A DNA stretch of 64,000 bases from Basidiobolus meristosporus CBS 931.73 (Eukaryota > Fungi > Basidiobolomycota): positions 1-64,000 of the forward strand of contig MCFE01000170.1 in NCBI GenBank assembly GCA_002104905.1. The letters run 5' to 3'. Within the stretch, counting starts at the first letter, position 1, and every line of letters begins with the position of its first letter. The translations under genes and the position numbers were made by a program. Shown here one piece after another: positions 13,934 to 27,893 of the stretch. The notes beneath the pieces are model-generated. The model ran no database searches, was not told the origin of the DNA, and worked only from the letters and a program-made list of their open reading frames with translations.

Positions 13934-15430
13934 CTATTTTTCGGTGTTGCCATTTGGGTGCGAGCTTTCATTCAGACTGCGATGTAGCGATCTCAAGATA
14001 TGGTGCGCTACATCGCGATGCTCCCAGTAACTAAAGTGTGCCTTGAAGGTAATCATGTACCGGTGAGCAATGATATCGATCCGAACTTTCTCCTGCAAAG
14101 TATAGTCCATACGATATGACAGCTCAGGAGGGTTTGGTGAGAGCATATTCTCGGTGGTAGTTTCCATGGCTCTATCCCCTTCGATATCTACGGGAACATT
14201 GACAACTGTCTCGAGCGACTCTGGAGAGCTCTCATCCGAATCTCCAGAGATGCCTCGGCTACTAAACGTACTGGAATTTCTACCACTGCGTCTGATGAAT
14301 GGGAACTGGCTACCCATGCCATCGGAAATCGCCACAATGTTCTTATTTTGCCCCGCTAGTCTCGATAGTAGAGCGGCAATGGATGTGGCGATGTTGATGT
14401 TTGGCGAACGAAGTAAGCGTGGTTTGGTTTTGTTGCTGTGAAATGGCTTGAAGCCTAGTCGAGGATTGAGTTGGATGTTGAACCGCGAACTTGAAAATAC
14501 TGGCAGAGCTATTGGATGTAGTTCCCTATATCTCGGGTCCACCATTGGCTCCATACGATAAGCCATCGGGTCAAATGGGTGGTAGATGTTATGGTGGATG
14601 ATGTCTTCAGGAATCCTATAATGATCATACGTTTGGTTTCTCATCACCATAACTGCTGCAATTGGGCTTCCCATGGTGAACAAAAAGTGGGGCTTGAATT
14701 TGAGTTTCGGCGCTTTGATATCGATCTTCTCTCGGCCTTGGCGATTGTCCAAATCCTCCTGAGCACAGAGGATGTCGTAGCAGCATACACCCCCTAAGCT
14801 GTACCCTACAATCGAAAACCTCCCTTTGAAGTTCGGGTGCTCCCGCAGATATTTGTCATACTCCTCGTTCATGGAGTCGACAATAGTGTCAACAATATGT
14901 TGGCCGCGGTCTTTTGTGAAATAGTACAGAATATCGGCGAGATATTCATGCTCGATTGACTTGATGTTCGGCGGGCAGTATGGAAGGGAGATGTTATCCA
15001 TGTTGTTGTCAACCAGCTTATGTAAGGAGTTATGCCATTCTATCATAGGTAGGTCAAAGACGTAAGTCACACATACAAGCGAAGTCTCCTGAAAAGTAAG
15101 CAGTACCGATTGGGATTAAGTCAGCTTTGACGCCCTGTAGTTCTTTGTCGTGCTTCAATACTTTTTTGATGGTCTTCCGGAATCCAGTGACTGGATGACA
15201 AGACACACATCAGTAAGTTGTGGGCAAAGTGCTTTGCAAACAACGAGAATTACCGTTTTCCAAGAATGCATTCTCGGTCCCATAGGTTGGGCCAATACCG
15301 TGGACAACAAAAAGGACGTGGGTCTCTGTAGACAAAGGAGAATTCAATCAGTATGTTTCAAGAAGAACTTGGGACAAAGTGGTTGAGTACCCTCAGACTG
15401 CAGCTTGGGAGAGTCAAGGCCAGGACTCAT
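13934..15430 (-). CDS. DDHD-domain phosphatidic acid-preferring phospholipase A1, 4 exons
   Basis: Spliced MSPGLDS..E|ETHVLFVVHGIG..LIPI|EWHNSLH. Lipase motif GYSLG. DDHD-domain motifs NIYHPFDPMAYRMEP, RMDY and HFSYW. Confidence 0.9.
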
Positions 15431-15755
15431 AGTATGACAACTAAAACAAGAGCGAAATATGGCGAAGGAACCCCAGGGGTAATTGTATAGAAAACTAGCA
15501 AACTTAAAGGCTTTATGTTGGGTATTTACAGTAATGCTATGGCAAAGCTTGGTGTTCACGAACGCTTTGAAGGAATATCACACGATTTCGAGAATGATCG
15601 TTTTATGAGAAAGTAAGCCCGTTAAATACAAAAGAACCAGCAAATCCCTAAACGGGCATTTCATACTACATCCTGCTCATAATCATGCCACATGTCAACT
15701 TTAGGAAATCCATCAGTAATTAGTGTGGTATAATTGGTAATATCTCAAACGATGG

Positions 15756-16718
15756 CTATTGTTCGGATACCCTAATGTCAATTAACCCGTGGATTTTGCT
15801 AGGATCTGGCAACGGGTAGGATCGAAATGCACAACAAGACACCAATCCCACGGCCATAGAGGCCACAATCTCCATCCAAATAGCATTTCCGTAGGTGCCA
15901 CCGTTGGTTTTCAAGGCACCCTTGGTGGTGGTATTTGTTGCGGAAAGGAACGCCGGTATTTTCTCCAATGCAATTACTGCCAAACCGGATGCTGGGCTTG
16001 ATACGGTGCATTTTCGATAGACCCTGAAGTAGGGATACATTTTATTGGAAACCTGTAGACGGTTCAAGCACGCCGGTGTTGATGAGTTGTGTATATGAAT
16101 GACGATCACCAGGGAATATGATATTTCCAGGCATGTTGAGGCCGCCCATCTCCCCGTGTTCCCTAGGTAATACGTACCAATGATCCACAGCTCAGCTGTG
16201 TTGACGAGGGTTTCTCGGAACAGCCTGGTGTTGAGGGCTTCAACACACTCGTGCAATCTCAGATCAAAGATCACCCAGGCCATATCCCACCAATCCCATC
16301 CCAGCCCCTTCCAAATCGGGATATTGTCACATATCGTAAGATTCCAAATATATCGGATGATGACTCCTCCGCAGTTCCGTGATGCCACCAGCCATCACTG
16401 CATGTAATCAGGATTTGTCGATTTGTCGTTGCGACGGATGCCATCGTACCATCCACCGCAATATGGCAGGAGTATTGGAGATGGAGAATAATCAAGTACT
16501 TAGCCCATGCATGTCATTCGAGCTACGGAGTTATTGGCGCTATTATCGTTGTGGTGTGACGGACGACGGAGCCACGATTCTCCTGGAAAATGGAGAAATC
16601 TGTTTGGTGGTTCCGGACTTACAACATATCCGCATTTAGCTGACGCTATTCTAGACGTATAAATATACTGACCACTTGGCATGGGCACTGGATTTGCTCC
16701 ACAAAAGCAGGATTGCAT
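15756..16718 (-). pseudogene. Gene-like frame of ~320 codons with two internal stops; hydrophobic C-terminus, weakly SUR7/PalI/claudin-like
   Basis: ORFs 16500-16718 and 15756-16388 are in the same frame, separated by one TAA and one TGA. The tail GTYGNAIWMEIVASMAVGLVSCC resembles a last transmembrane helix. Confidence 0.35.
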
Positions 16719-18941
16719 GCCTCCGTTGTACGTTCATTGGCTCGCGACTCAAATACGTATTTGGCATTGCAGCTTGCGATATGCACATTCCATGAGGATT
16801 CACGACACGGCGTAGCTAGCAATCGACTGGCCTCTTCGAACACTGCCGGCCCCAGTGTTGCGTGATGGCTGCTCAACACCCTCGGGCTTCTCAATGGCCA
16901 CCGGCCCCTCCTCTCAAGGGGGTCCTCAACGCTTTGTCAGCAGACAGCCGGAAATTCGGCCGATGCTCAATCTGGTCAGGAGACTCGGGTTTAGGCGACA
17001 TCTTATGATGCCTTTGTATTCTGATGATCAGCAAATCCGTATCCAACGTTCAGCGACTAAATGGGATTACTTCCACCTCATTTCGAAAACCTGATGAATC
17101 AAGGCCACGGTGGGCCAATGTTGCCAACTGGTTAGGGATTTAATGTGAGCATGGGGAATGGGTCGAAAATTGGCTCTTCTGGCGGAGGATACCTGTATTG
17201 AGGTGTGGTGCGATTCACCCCCAATACCACTTCAACCAAGGGCAATCCAACATTTCCGGTTGCCCGTGACTGCAAAGCCATTTCTGAGACACGGTAAATT
17301 GATCCTGGAGTAAGCATGGCAAACCAAAGTCTCCAAACTGAGATCAGGGGTGGGGGTGATATTAACCGGATGAAACCCCCGATTACGAGTGGGCATGCCC
17401 TATGGACCAGAATGGAAGGCGAGTGATGACACTCCAGCCTGAAGGATATATTCGTGACATAAATAGGCATCTGCTCTTGGCAGGCACTTGGCTTGCCTAA
17501 AGCATTTGGGATGGGCGACCGGGAGATCTGGCGGGAGACATGCTTCATTTAAGGTCCCATCTGCCTGTATCCATCAGAACGGACCTTGTTTCTGATATAA
17601 TCGGTGGTATTAATAGCGGGTGCGCCGAATGCTCAAGCATGCGTTTCTTCCTGGTTACATGGCCGTATTCTGTTTTTCGAAATTTGGCAACAGAGTGCTT
17701 GGCAGCGCTCATTTAGCCATTTGGGTCAGCATGGGAAGCGTGTGATCTCCACTTCTGAATTCGAGCGAGATTGCTTCTCACCACGTTGGGGGTTGCAAAG
17801 GGCACAGGTTGCGCTGGTGGTCCGAATTGATTTACCGAACTGGATTTCGCGCACTACCAAGTTCTCAAGGTTGATCGAAATTAGCCTGCCAAACCATTTG
17901 GTCTTGCTGATTGGTCTTGCCTATTTCCACCTGATTGCACGAGGAATGCACCCTTTGTGGTTGATTAGCTTAAGCTTCTCATTTGACTCGTAGCGAGTGG
18001 TATTGGTAGTTGTAGAGGGGGTTGAGATGGTGTGATAAACCCAGATAGGCAATCTTTCCCATTTCCAACCAGCCTATTGAAGCATCATGCCTTCAAGCAT
18101 GAGGCCGCTTTTCACATTAACTTGTATCGCATCACCGATACATTGCACAGCCATCAGTACTCACCAACAGCACTTCCCATTGTTAGGCTTATCAAACGGT
18201 TAGTTGCTCATGGTAGTCATGAAAAATTCATGTTTTTACTGTAGAAGGTGGCGCCACACACGTGGTTTGATGTACTTACAAGATTGCGATGGGCGCTTGA
18301 CATATATCTGGATAAGCCTCTATCATCCTGATATATCCATTCTATAATGGTATAAATCAGGCTGTATGGGAGCTAAATTGAAGATTCTTTTGTTGCCTAG
18401 CTCAGGAACTTTGCCAAGTGTCAGTGTTGGTGCCAGAAGATTCTAGTCTGGTTTTCTTGAAACCAATGAATTATACCTACATTTTGCTATAATCATAATA
18501 CAGTCAGTATGCACAGTATACCAAAAATACTGTGGCAACGATTTTGCCCATTACATGTGAAAAGCACCCTCTTGGCATATTCCAGATCACTCTGGATGTT
18601 CAACACAACTTCTGGGCCTCTGTTTATTACTACTTGCAGTATGTGGTAGGGAGGACAGCTGCCAATTGAAATGGTCCAAGGCTATTGGTAAAAAAATAAT
18701 ACAGAGTATACAAGTCTGGCACATATATACGTCTTGTTGGCAGCTATCCCAAATTCAATGAGGAATAATACTAATAAAATCTCATGCTATTATGGTATTT
18801 AGATAATTAATACTTATGCTATTTCAGTATCTTAAATACAATGTTACTGATAGTACTGGATTTTGGGGAGTCAGTGGAAGTAGCTTGTAGAGCTAGATAG
18901 ATAGTATGATATTTCCTTACTGCTTTTGCACATGTAAGTAA

Positions 18942-19288
18942 TGTTGAAAGAGTTTTGAGGATATTGGAAGTGCTTGTGAAAACAAGTAGATTATGTGGCT
19001 TTCACTTAATGATTTATTGATTGTAAAAGTGATATTTATACTTTACCAGATCTTGGCAAAGCAAGAACGTGGAGTGTATTTATGAAGGTCTCAAAAGTAT
19101 GAGTGCAAAGTTTGGGGCTATTTCAACAACTTGGATAACTTCATTTTCCGGGTACCTGATGTTTTAGTGCAAATATACAGAGTTAATCCCAACAAGAAAT
19201 TTGCTCTGAATTCTCTTAAATTTGTAGGAAATAATCTAAGTGACTAGGTTAGGTGAGTATTTAGGTGCAACTACAAACTTTTACAACA
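18942..19288 (-). repeat. Solo LTR, family A, near-perfect 5-bp TSD
   Basis: TGTTG...TTACAACA. Flanks AGTAA/GGTAA. Confidence 0.8.
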
Positions 19289-19344
19289 GGTAAAACAAAT
19301 ATACTTTTAGTGGAGCCATATGTAGTTACTGATAAGATCATCTT

Positions 19345-19681
19345 TGTTGTAGGTATTGTATTAAGCCTGAGAACTCCATTAGCTTAGTCACTTAGATCAT
19401 AGTTAACTAGCATTAGGATTTCCTGCCCAAGTTTTTCTTAGGATTTACTCAGGGTTTTAACTAGATTACCAAAAACCCAGAACATGTTGATTAAATGATC
19501 CATCAAAAATCCCACAGAACTTGGCTACCTACCTTCCTAAGCATATTGTATGTGCATTTTAGCCAGTTCAACAGTAAGCGCAGATACCACTTTTACATTC
19601 AATAGATCATTAAGGGATAATCAAATGATATACATACTCTCCAATACTTGCACAATACTACTTTCCTGACAATCCACAACA
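19345..19681 (+). repeat. Degenerate LTR, family A
   Basis: TGTTGTAG...CCACAACA with conserved internal blocks (TTAGTCACTTAGATC; CTTTTACATTCAATAGATCATTAAG). No TSD. Confidence 0.7.
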
Positions 19682-19835
19682 GTACTTCAACACTCAAGAC
19701 AACTATGACTTAATGAATTCTCTTCAATCCTGAAAATAAATGTTCAACAGAATGTTGTTTCTTATTCCATATATGGATGTATACAGTTTCATCATCTGCA
19801 GAATGCTTGCATAAGACTGGCAGAATTGTATTTTC

Positions 19836-20167
19836 TGTTGTAAGAGTCTTGGAGATATTGGAAGTGATTGGGAGGACAAGTGGATTATGTGGCTTTCACT
19901 TAATGATTTATTGAATGTGAAAGTAGTATTAAAACTTTTACATGATCTTGGCATAACAAACATGCAGAATAGGTTAAGGAAGGTCCCAAGAACATGTGTG
20001 CAAAGCTTGGGGCTGTTTGAACAACTTTGAGAATTTTCATGTTCTGGGTAAATATTCTAAGTAAATCCCGACAAGGAACTTGGTCAGTAGTCTCTAGGAT
20101 TTGAAGGTAATGATCTAAGTGACTAAGTTAGGTGAATATTTAGGTGGAATTACGAATTTTTACAACA
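19836..20167 (-). repeat. Solo LTR, family A, perfect 5-bp TSD
   Basis: TGTTGTAA...TTACAACA flanked by TTTTC/TTTTC. Confidence 0.92.
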
Positions 20168-20984
20168 TTTTCAAGTCATACAGCTTAACACACAAAGCTC
20201 ATGCCTTCCTGAAGACAGATTGATATATGTCCCACAAGTGGTTACACCCTAGGGATTTCACACTAAGCATGGTTGCACTCAGCTCACCATCTTCAGAGGT
20301 ATTGTTACTTGAGAATCTTACTAAAAGATGCCATGGGATGTTGTTAAGGATCTCATAATGTAATCTAAAAGACTTTGAGTATTTTGAAAAAGCTTGAAAT
20401 AATTATAGCATTTCAGACTTTGCCAATTTTAAGAGTTAACAATCATATAAACTAAGACACACATAATTCTCAACTTGGAAATAAATTAAATATAATATGG
20501 AAGTTAAACAAATACAGCAACTTTTTCTCAGTAGATATATAGTAGGGTGCATCAAAGGAAGTATCATATCTGAGTTACATGGCTGATTGTGAGAGCAATC
20601 CAATTACATACAACTACAAAATGTATGCTTGCAATTTGCAGCTAACAAGAAACACTGAATGTTGCAGGTATTTGAATGATGTTCAACTATAGGTTGCTCT
20701 CTAACCATACTGCATATTATAATAAGTGAGGAAGCTGAATATCATGCTATAGCAATAAGGTTAAACATATGCCATATTTACAATTAACGGAAAGTTACAG
20801 TTAGCATCTAGAATTCTACCTATCACATTAAACTATCAATGCTTACTTGTATGCTACACTCATACATTTCTATTATTCAGCCTTTTCAGGCAAATGTGCA
20901 TAAGCTCAGTGGGGCTTCAATACTGTTGGATACGATGCCAAATATATGTACAATTAGTTGCACATGCTTTCTGTGTGTTAAATA

Positions 20985-21292
20985 TGTGCCAAGCTCTAGG
21001 GAGTATTGGAAGTGATTGGGGAACTACAAGAATTGTGTGATTCTCACTTATTGTTTTATTGAGTACAAATAAAGTACCTCTTCTTTTGGTGCAACTATGC
21101 AACACTAATGATCAGAGTTTGCGCAAGATTGAAAATAATGATTACTTCAGACCTTGACTAATTCTGAGAATTTGATAGTATCTTACAAGCTGAATCTTTG
21201 GTAAGTAATCCACAGCTTAGCAATAAGCCAACTCGAGTCCTACGCCATATGAGCGGGTTAGGTGTAAACTAAATAATTACAATATAATAGAC
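20985..21292 (-). repeat. Highly degenerate LTR, family A (ends approximate)
   Basis: GAGTATTGGAAGTGATTGGG..CACTTA..TTTATTGAG block matches the other copies. Confidence 0.5.
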
Positions 21293-21378
21293 TCATTGCT
21301 TGTATACTCCAAAATCATGAGCAATACATATGCCATAAAGAAGAATAATCAAGGACAGATGAATACCAACATGATATC

Positions 21379-21714
21379 TGTTGTAAGAGTCTTGGCGATA
21401 GTGGGGGTGATTGGGAGAACAGGTAGATCATGTGACAGTCACTTAGTGATTTATTGAATATAAACTAATATTTACACTGTTACATAATCTTGGCAAAAAA
21501 CATGTAGAAAATACTTTAAAAATTTGTAAGAGCATGTATGCAAAATTTGGGCTGTCTGGATGACTTTGAGATTTTTCATGTCCCGGGTACCTGATGTTTT
21601 GGTAAAATATTCTGAGTAAATCCCGACAAGGAAACTGGCTAGAATTCTATATGATTTGTATACCATCATCCAAGCGACTAGTGAGTATTTAGGTGTAATT
21701 ACGAAACTAGAACA
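21379..21714 (-). repeat. Solo LTR, family A, perfect 5-bp TSD
   Basis: TGTTGTAA...AGAACA flanked by ATATC/ATATC. Confidence 0.9.
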
Positions 21715-24700
21715 ATATCAGCAGAATCCCAAGATTGCATCATCTCCGCACTATTTCTAAATAGGACGATATAGAGATAAGGTTGGCAACTTGTAACATG
21801 CATAAATTAGCTATTATCAAGATTGAAAACCAAGTCTACAATACTCAATTCAAATTAAACAAGTCACCAAGTATACTCGTGTGCGCAATGCTCTGTATTA
21901 GCTTACATAAAAATCATGCCTTTACAACCCTTACGCTCTTGCCTTGGCTGTGATACACTTGTTTTTGTACAGTTGAATTTAAGAACAAATCTGGAGAATA
22001 AGTGACTTCATCTTGCCAGACTGGGCAACAAGGCTACTCGATTGGTTTTAATGCCCTTTGCTACATTGAAATCGTCAAAGGATTTATCCTCTCAATATTT
22101 AAAATTGGAACTTGGGGATGCGCCTAGCAGCACCACCACTATTTGGCCAACATCCCCTTGAATGATTGCACAGCGATAATAAGCCTTCTCTACCTTGCTG
22201 TCTTCATCAGAAACGACTTGATTTTAGCATGACTGCCATTCCGACACAAGTTACTGTTGTGATATTCAATACACAAGAGACTGGTGAGTGATGATAAGCT
22301 CCTTAAATTATAAATTGGAATGGCATTATTCACCGTATGAGCGAAGTGGCACGAAAAGTACTTAAAGCCATGGTTTAGAACTTGCTACAATTCTGGGTAG
22401 TATCTGACACCTCCAATAAAAGAAACCAGGTTATCAATATGGGTAGCATATTAAACATTTAGAGTAGAACGTTAGGTTGATGTATTTTATCCAATCGAAG
22501 AAATTGGCGTGGATATAATGGTATTCTTAGGAAATCCATATCCAAAATTAGTTTAATCTACTACCAATGGATTATCTCCAAGATTTCTAGTCCATCCGTT
22601 TCCTTGATATTGCCTCCACCCAAACCGTTACTTCTGACCAACCTTTCTAGAGTAAAGGCACAGACTGCATCGCAAGATGACCATTCCAAACACACATGCA
22701 CTAAAAAAATATTCTTCAAAAGTAACGAACTATTCAAGAGCGTGGATAACCCTACAAGGTCATTTCGAAGACATGCAGTTAGATATGCAAGGCAAGTTTG
22801 AGTTTTAATGTAAAAAGCTAAGTAAGCAATCAAGAAAGATACTTGTTGCATACTTACGCTTCTGGGCACTCACAAGCATGTCTCTAGCTGGTGGAATACC
22901 AATCGACAGTCCCTTGGAGCTTTGCAACGAATTAGCTCCAATTAGCAAGCACAAATAGTCAAATGCATATTCCTGAATTCGTTACAAGCATTTTTCAGGC
23001 ACCCTTGGCTTGTGGATTTTTTGGCATGAGTAATGCACATTGGGCAAGGGAAGCCTTCCGCTTTTATATACAAACCCATGCAATTTACATATCCAAAGCA
23101 ATATAGCTTGCGTTCTCAGTGCTCATTGAAATCTCAGGTTGAGACAGAATTGGTTTGTGGCTGAACGTATCTGCAATTTAGGAGAGATAGTTAATGGCCC
23201 CGTTATTGAAACATTCATTTAGGCGTCCTCAACCTGGACAACTGGATTCATGATAATTGCCTCGGGTTTAGGTATTATTGTATCCTTTGCCAATGGAGGC
23301 ACTGGGCCTAATTCAACAGTCATCGCAATCAGGCTGGTTGGCTACACTGATCGAGAGTGATATCTTAATCCGCATTGTGGTTGCTACGGCTCAGAGTGAT
23401 TCACCCCAAGATGAGGGTGTGCATTGATTATCTGAATGCACCCAAAACTCATCGAATGGCTCTTACTGCCCATGATCTCCGCCAACCTATTAGTTCCAGT
23501 TCCAATGGTGAGAAACACGGTATCAGTTGCGAGAAACCGCTTTATCTGCGATCTAGCCGTGAAGTCAGTCGGTATATACGAGGGTTGCCAGGGTATCCGG
23601 ATAATAATAGGGATATTGAGTCATCTTGTTGCCTATATTTCGCAATACGTGCATCCACTGCACGATGGACCAAGCCCCGCCAGCTAACCAATGGCGATGT
23701 TCCAGTAATTTCGATGACATCAAATTGTGGTCAGACGCCAACATAGGGCAGAGTAGATTTGTGAAATGCGGCTTTAATTCGAAAGCTTATTTGTGGGCCT
23801 CGCGTCGGAACGGATGAATCGTTCATGCAGAGGATTGATGTCATCCAATACACGTGTATCGCGATCCCTAGCAGCAGCTATCCGTAGATCCTTTGTTGAT
23901 CTCATAGTGAACAAAACATGACCTGCTTATGTTACTAGGGGACAATCGTTATCAATTAAGCATCCATTCAAACCAAAAATGGACTCTGATCGACGTACGA
24001 AACTGGTCACTATTTCGTTTTAGGACCTCTGGAAAACATCATCAGAGTAGCCTGTTTGGACATTGTTGCCAGCCCCCTGTTCGTGCAGTTTACTCTAGTC
24101 ACCCAGTGTGCTGCACTGGAGAGGCATCCCATCTCCTTGTGGACTGGGGTTCCAGCTGCTAGACAGGAGCAATACTGGATCTGCAACGAGCAAGCCGAAG
24201 CCAGCCGGAGACTTGGCAATTTTAATATTATCTCTGTTGCCAATCAGCATTAGCTGTATGATGGTCCGGAGTAATCATATGCCCATGGATGCCACCTACG
24301 CCAAATCAATGCAAGAGAGGGATCTAGAAGTGAGCCTTATCAATGCCATAGGTGAGGCTGGTTTTCCTTTCCCAGAGGCGAACCCGCAGGAAATAGACCG
24401 TTCTTTATTGAATCTCCATTACGCCACCTGGTATGCCAGATCAACAGTTTCAGAGTAGCCAGAATACCCATATGAGGCTGCGATTATAGCATTAAGATGA
24501 TCCAATGATGGGGCGGCGGTAAAGCATCCACAAATCGGCTGTTTAACAGAGCTCATGATTCTCGTACAACCACATTCAGTGACCGCCTCGGGTGGTGGCA
24601 CATGGTTGATTCGATCTGGAGTAAGACATAGCAGAATGTCTCCAGGAGTTGGGCGGACCTTTTCAAGTCCTTACCCAATCACCTTTGTATGGGCTACACG

Positions 24701-25399
24701 ATCATTATGAAAGCTTACTGGAACCCAGATTCCGGGAGAATCGAGCGTGTTCTGAAGATGATCCAAGTTGCTTACAAACGCCACTCACCTGGGACAATGG
24801 AGCCAATACTAGAAACCGTAAATGGAATCTGCTCCAAAACATGTTTAATTTTTGAGAAGAACTTGCGCTATTGGTTTTGCCTAGCAAAGTAAACAAGGCA
24901 ACCAGTTGAGCTGGGGGGCCTCCTGCTCTCACCAGCCTGTTAAAGATTCCCACTCCGACGTCCTCAGCATGCTCATGAACGCCCCTTTGTGCGTATCATT
25001 GCGGATGGGTTCTAACTAAGTGTCTAAACCAAGAGTAAACTCAGCTCACTTCAATATCCGCTGTAAAGCGTATGCTCCTGGCTGACTTACTCAAGATGTC
25101 TATACAGAATCGATAAATGAAATTAAATGAAGTATGACGAAGCAGATGCTACTGCATAAAATTGATGTTCTGCTCATTGTCTTTTAATCAGCATCATTCG
25201 CTTCCTTGTTTTGGGCGATACAGGTTTTTTGAATCTCCCTCGCATTTAAGGAAAAGAATGATGATTCTATTCCACAACTTTTTTTTATCAGGCATACCCA
25301 ACGTTTCTCTTATTGGACGCTGGGAGGTTGGAAAAAACTCATATATAACGTGCCCTGTCACCAGTTAGCTGATTGACATTCATCTCACATTTAACCAGC

Positions 25400-26353
25400 A
25401 TGGTCGATTCTTCTCCGCTCGACGAACTCAGATACCTGCTAGACACAAAACCATTCTCTCACGAGATTCACGACTTCTGTAGCACCACTCATAACCTCGA
25501 TAGCTTCTTGTCCTCATTCCTTCGCTACAAACAGAACAACGTCAAAAACAGCATGAAGATGTTGCAAAGCTATTGGAGCTTTAGATCAGAAAAAATTGGG
25601 AATAATAGGTAAACAAAGCACTTCCCCGATCCAATGCGACCCACGCACTCACCCCACCATTTTGACAGACTGTCTGCTGCAGACGTCAGATGTCCCTTGC
25701 TTTCCAAATTTCTGTACATCCCAGACTCGACAGATGTTGACGGTCGCCAGATAGTGATAATATTCTTCGACCGGATACTGGAGCATCGACTCTCCGAGGC
25801 AGAGATCCTCAAAACACTATGGTTTTTCCTCGAAAACATGATGGATATGCCAGTATGCCAAGAAAAAGGCATTTGCTTGATAAGCATATTCGGAAACTCC
25901 ATGGTAAGTTGCTCGGTTGTCATCGTCATTGAGCATGATCCTAACCCATTTGACCTGTAGTCCAGCAGAAGTAAGGGCTTGGTCGAGTTGGTTTTCGAAA
26001 GCATCCAGAACAAGGTGCCGGTAAAGCTTGGATCGGTGTTTCTTTTGAACCCGCCGCCGTGGTTGAGATTCTTCTGGGCTGTTTCCAGTAACTTCATGAA
26101 GTCGAAGCTTGTAAGAAGAGTGAAGCTTTTCTCAGGAGATTACCAAGCGCAGCTGATTGAGCTTATTGGAAAGGAGAACTTGATTAAAGAATTAGGCGGA
26201 GACTTGCAACTTGACCATGATGAGTGGATTTGTGCATTTTACCCCGACCTTAACTTGGACGACATTGCCCGTTCCGGAAGAATCCTATACTCAACACTCA
26301 GTGGTTCAATCACCTCGCTAGTTGACAGCAAGGTAGACATCGCTTGCCAGTGA
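25400..26353 (+). CDS. CRAL-TRIO (Sec14-like) lipid-binding protein, 3 exons (introns 25609-25668 and 25904-25960)
   Basis: FLSSFLRYKQNNV (CRAL_TRIO_N), STDVDGRQIVII, VPVKLGSVFLLNPPPWLRFFW, LIKELGG. In-frame GT-AG introns with CTAAC-like branch points. Confidence 0.9.
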
Positions 26354-27893
26354 ACCATCGCCTGCCATCGAGTTGTAAAAACTGTACAATACCCGAATGT
26401 ATGTATATTATTGATCGATTCAAGTCGCATTTGCCAGCCGCTCGAACCAGAAGAAACTTCCCCCATACCCGACACCCAGCACCCATCACTCTGCCAAGGG
26501 TCGTTTTGATTTGTACACATCCGTAAAAATTACTTAACCGTGTAATTTAAATACCCGCTCATGGAGAATAACCGTTGTAACCAATACCCACATAGACACC
26601 ACAACCGTAATCCCTTAATTAGTTCCTTACCTGTAACTTTAATTGTCCCTAGTAACGTTTAAAGGATGCTACATCCCGCCGCAGCTCTTTTTCTCTGGTT
26701 TCCTTCAGGCTTCCCCGGCAAGTGCCCAACTCGAATAAATAGAATGTTTATATAAAACGGACACTTGAATTTCGCGCTGAAGCTCCGATTGGAGATTACT
26801 GCAAGATAAAGTAATAAACCTGCAGCATTCCCGAGCGAGCTGGCAAGGATGCGATTTGGCTTCCCAGAGATGAGATGGGAAATTCGATTGGAACACTACC
26901 AGTTTAAGGCTCGATCCTCCTGAGGGAATGTTGGGGAAGTGACCGCCAGTCACCCCTTTTGGACATGGCCCGTCATGATGGTAATCAACATCATACTTAA
27001 AATATCGATTCCAAGCTTACGTCAAACCGGGATCGTTGGCGGGAGTTTCCCAATCCGCCGAAGGCAATCTTGTTTGGCCTTTAACGAATATGGCAATTCT
27101 CCTAGCCTTTCTTCTCATTACAGTGGTACACTCAAAACAATGATATCGAATGAATCATATTCCTGGGGAGAGCCGGAAACCGTCGTGCTTCGAGGTAGCA
27201 CCAATTATGCATATTAGCATAAGCCCAATGAGCTAATTCATTCTTTTCACCGTATTGGCCCGCCAGCGACATTGGTTTGGTGAGTTGATATTTTGGTTTG
27301 GATGGTGATCATGATTTCGCACATGTGTTTAAATTACACTTGAATTACGGAGGATTTGTTTAAACTACAAAGGAGAAGAGAATTGGATTCAGATACCCCT
27401 TCGCTAACAACCTGGTCCCTCCTTGTAGCTGCTTATTACTCCGTGGGCACTAGATGGACATCAAATGTATTCCAATGAAGGAATACTCCTGCACATCAGT
27501 ACAATCACAATATACAATATGTCCCGTCATGAGACTACTGGTATTTGCTTGACCCACTGGATTCTGTTTTTTCTTTTATCAAAATGTACAGTTCATTGTA
27601 CTCAGAGGGGCTCTACATGGCACTACTTGGGATCATCAGCAACATGAGCTACTCTATTGTAGGGCTTCAATAAATGTGGTATGCTCTCAAAGATGGCCTC
27701 AGAAATAGAATTCAGCAGTCCGCAAATGGCGACTACAACACCATCTTGAAGTACAAATGAGAGGGCAATCATCAGACATGCAGTTGACATTTTCAAATGT
27801 CTAAGATATTTATTGTCAGCTAGATATGGGGTTGCCAAAATGGATGGTATCAATTAGAGATTAAAAATAAACAACGGAATTCATGGGTCGGCT

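Noticed and set aside
21225-21250. CTCGAGTCC..CGCCA resembling a tRNA T-arm and acceptor
   Set aside because: No cloverleaf or A-box, and it lies inside a degenerate LTR.
26535-26610. Degenerate ~34-bp duplication (TAACCGT..AATACCC..)
   Set aside because: Only two poor copies in AT-rich 3' flanking DNA, with no evidence of function.
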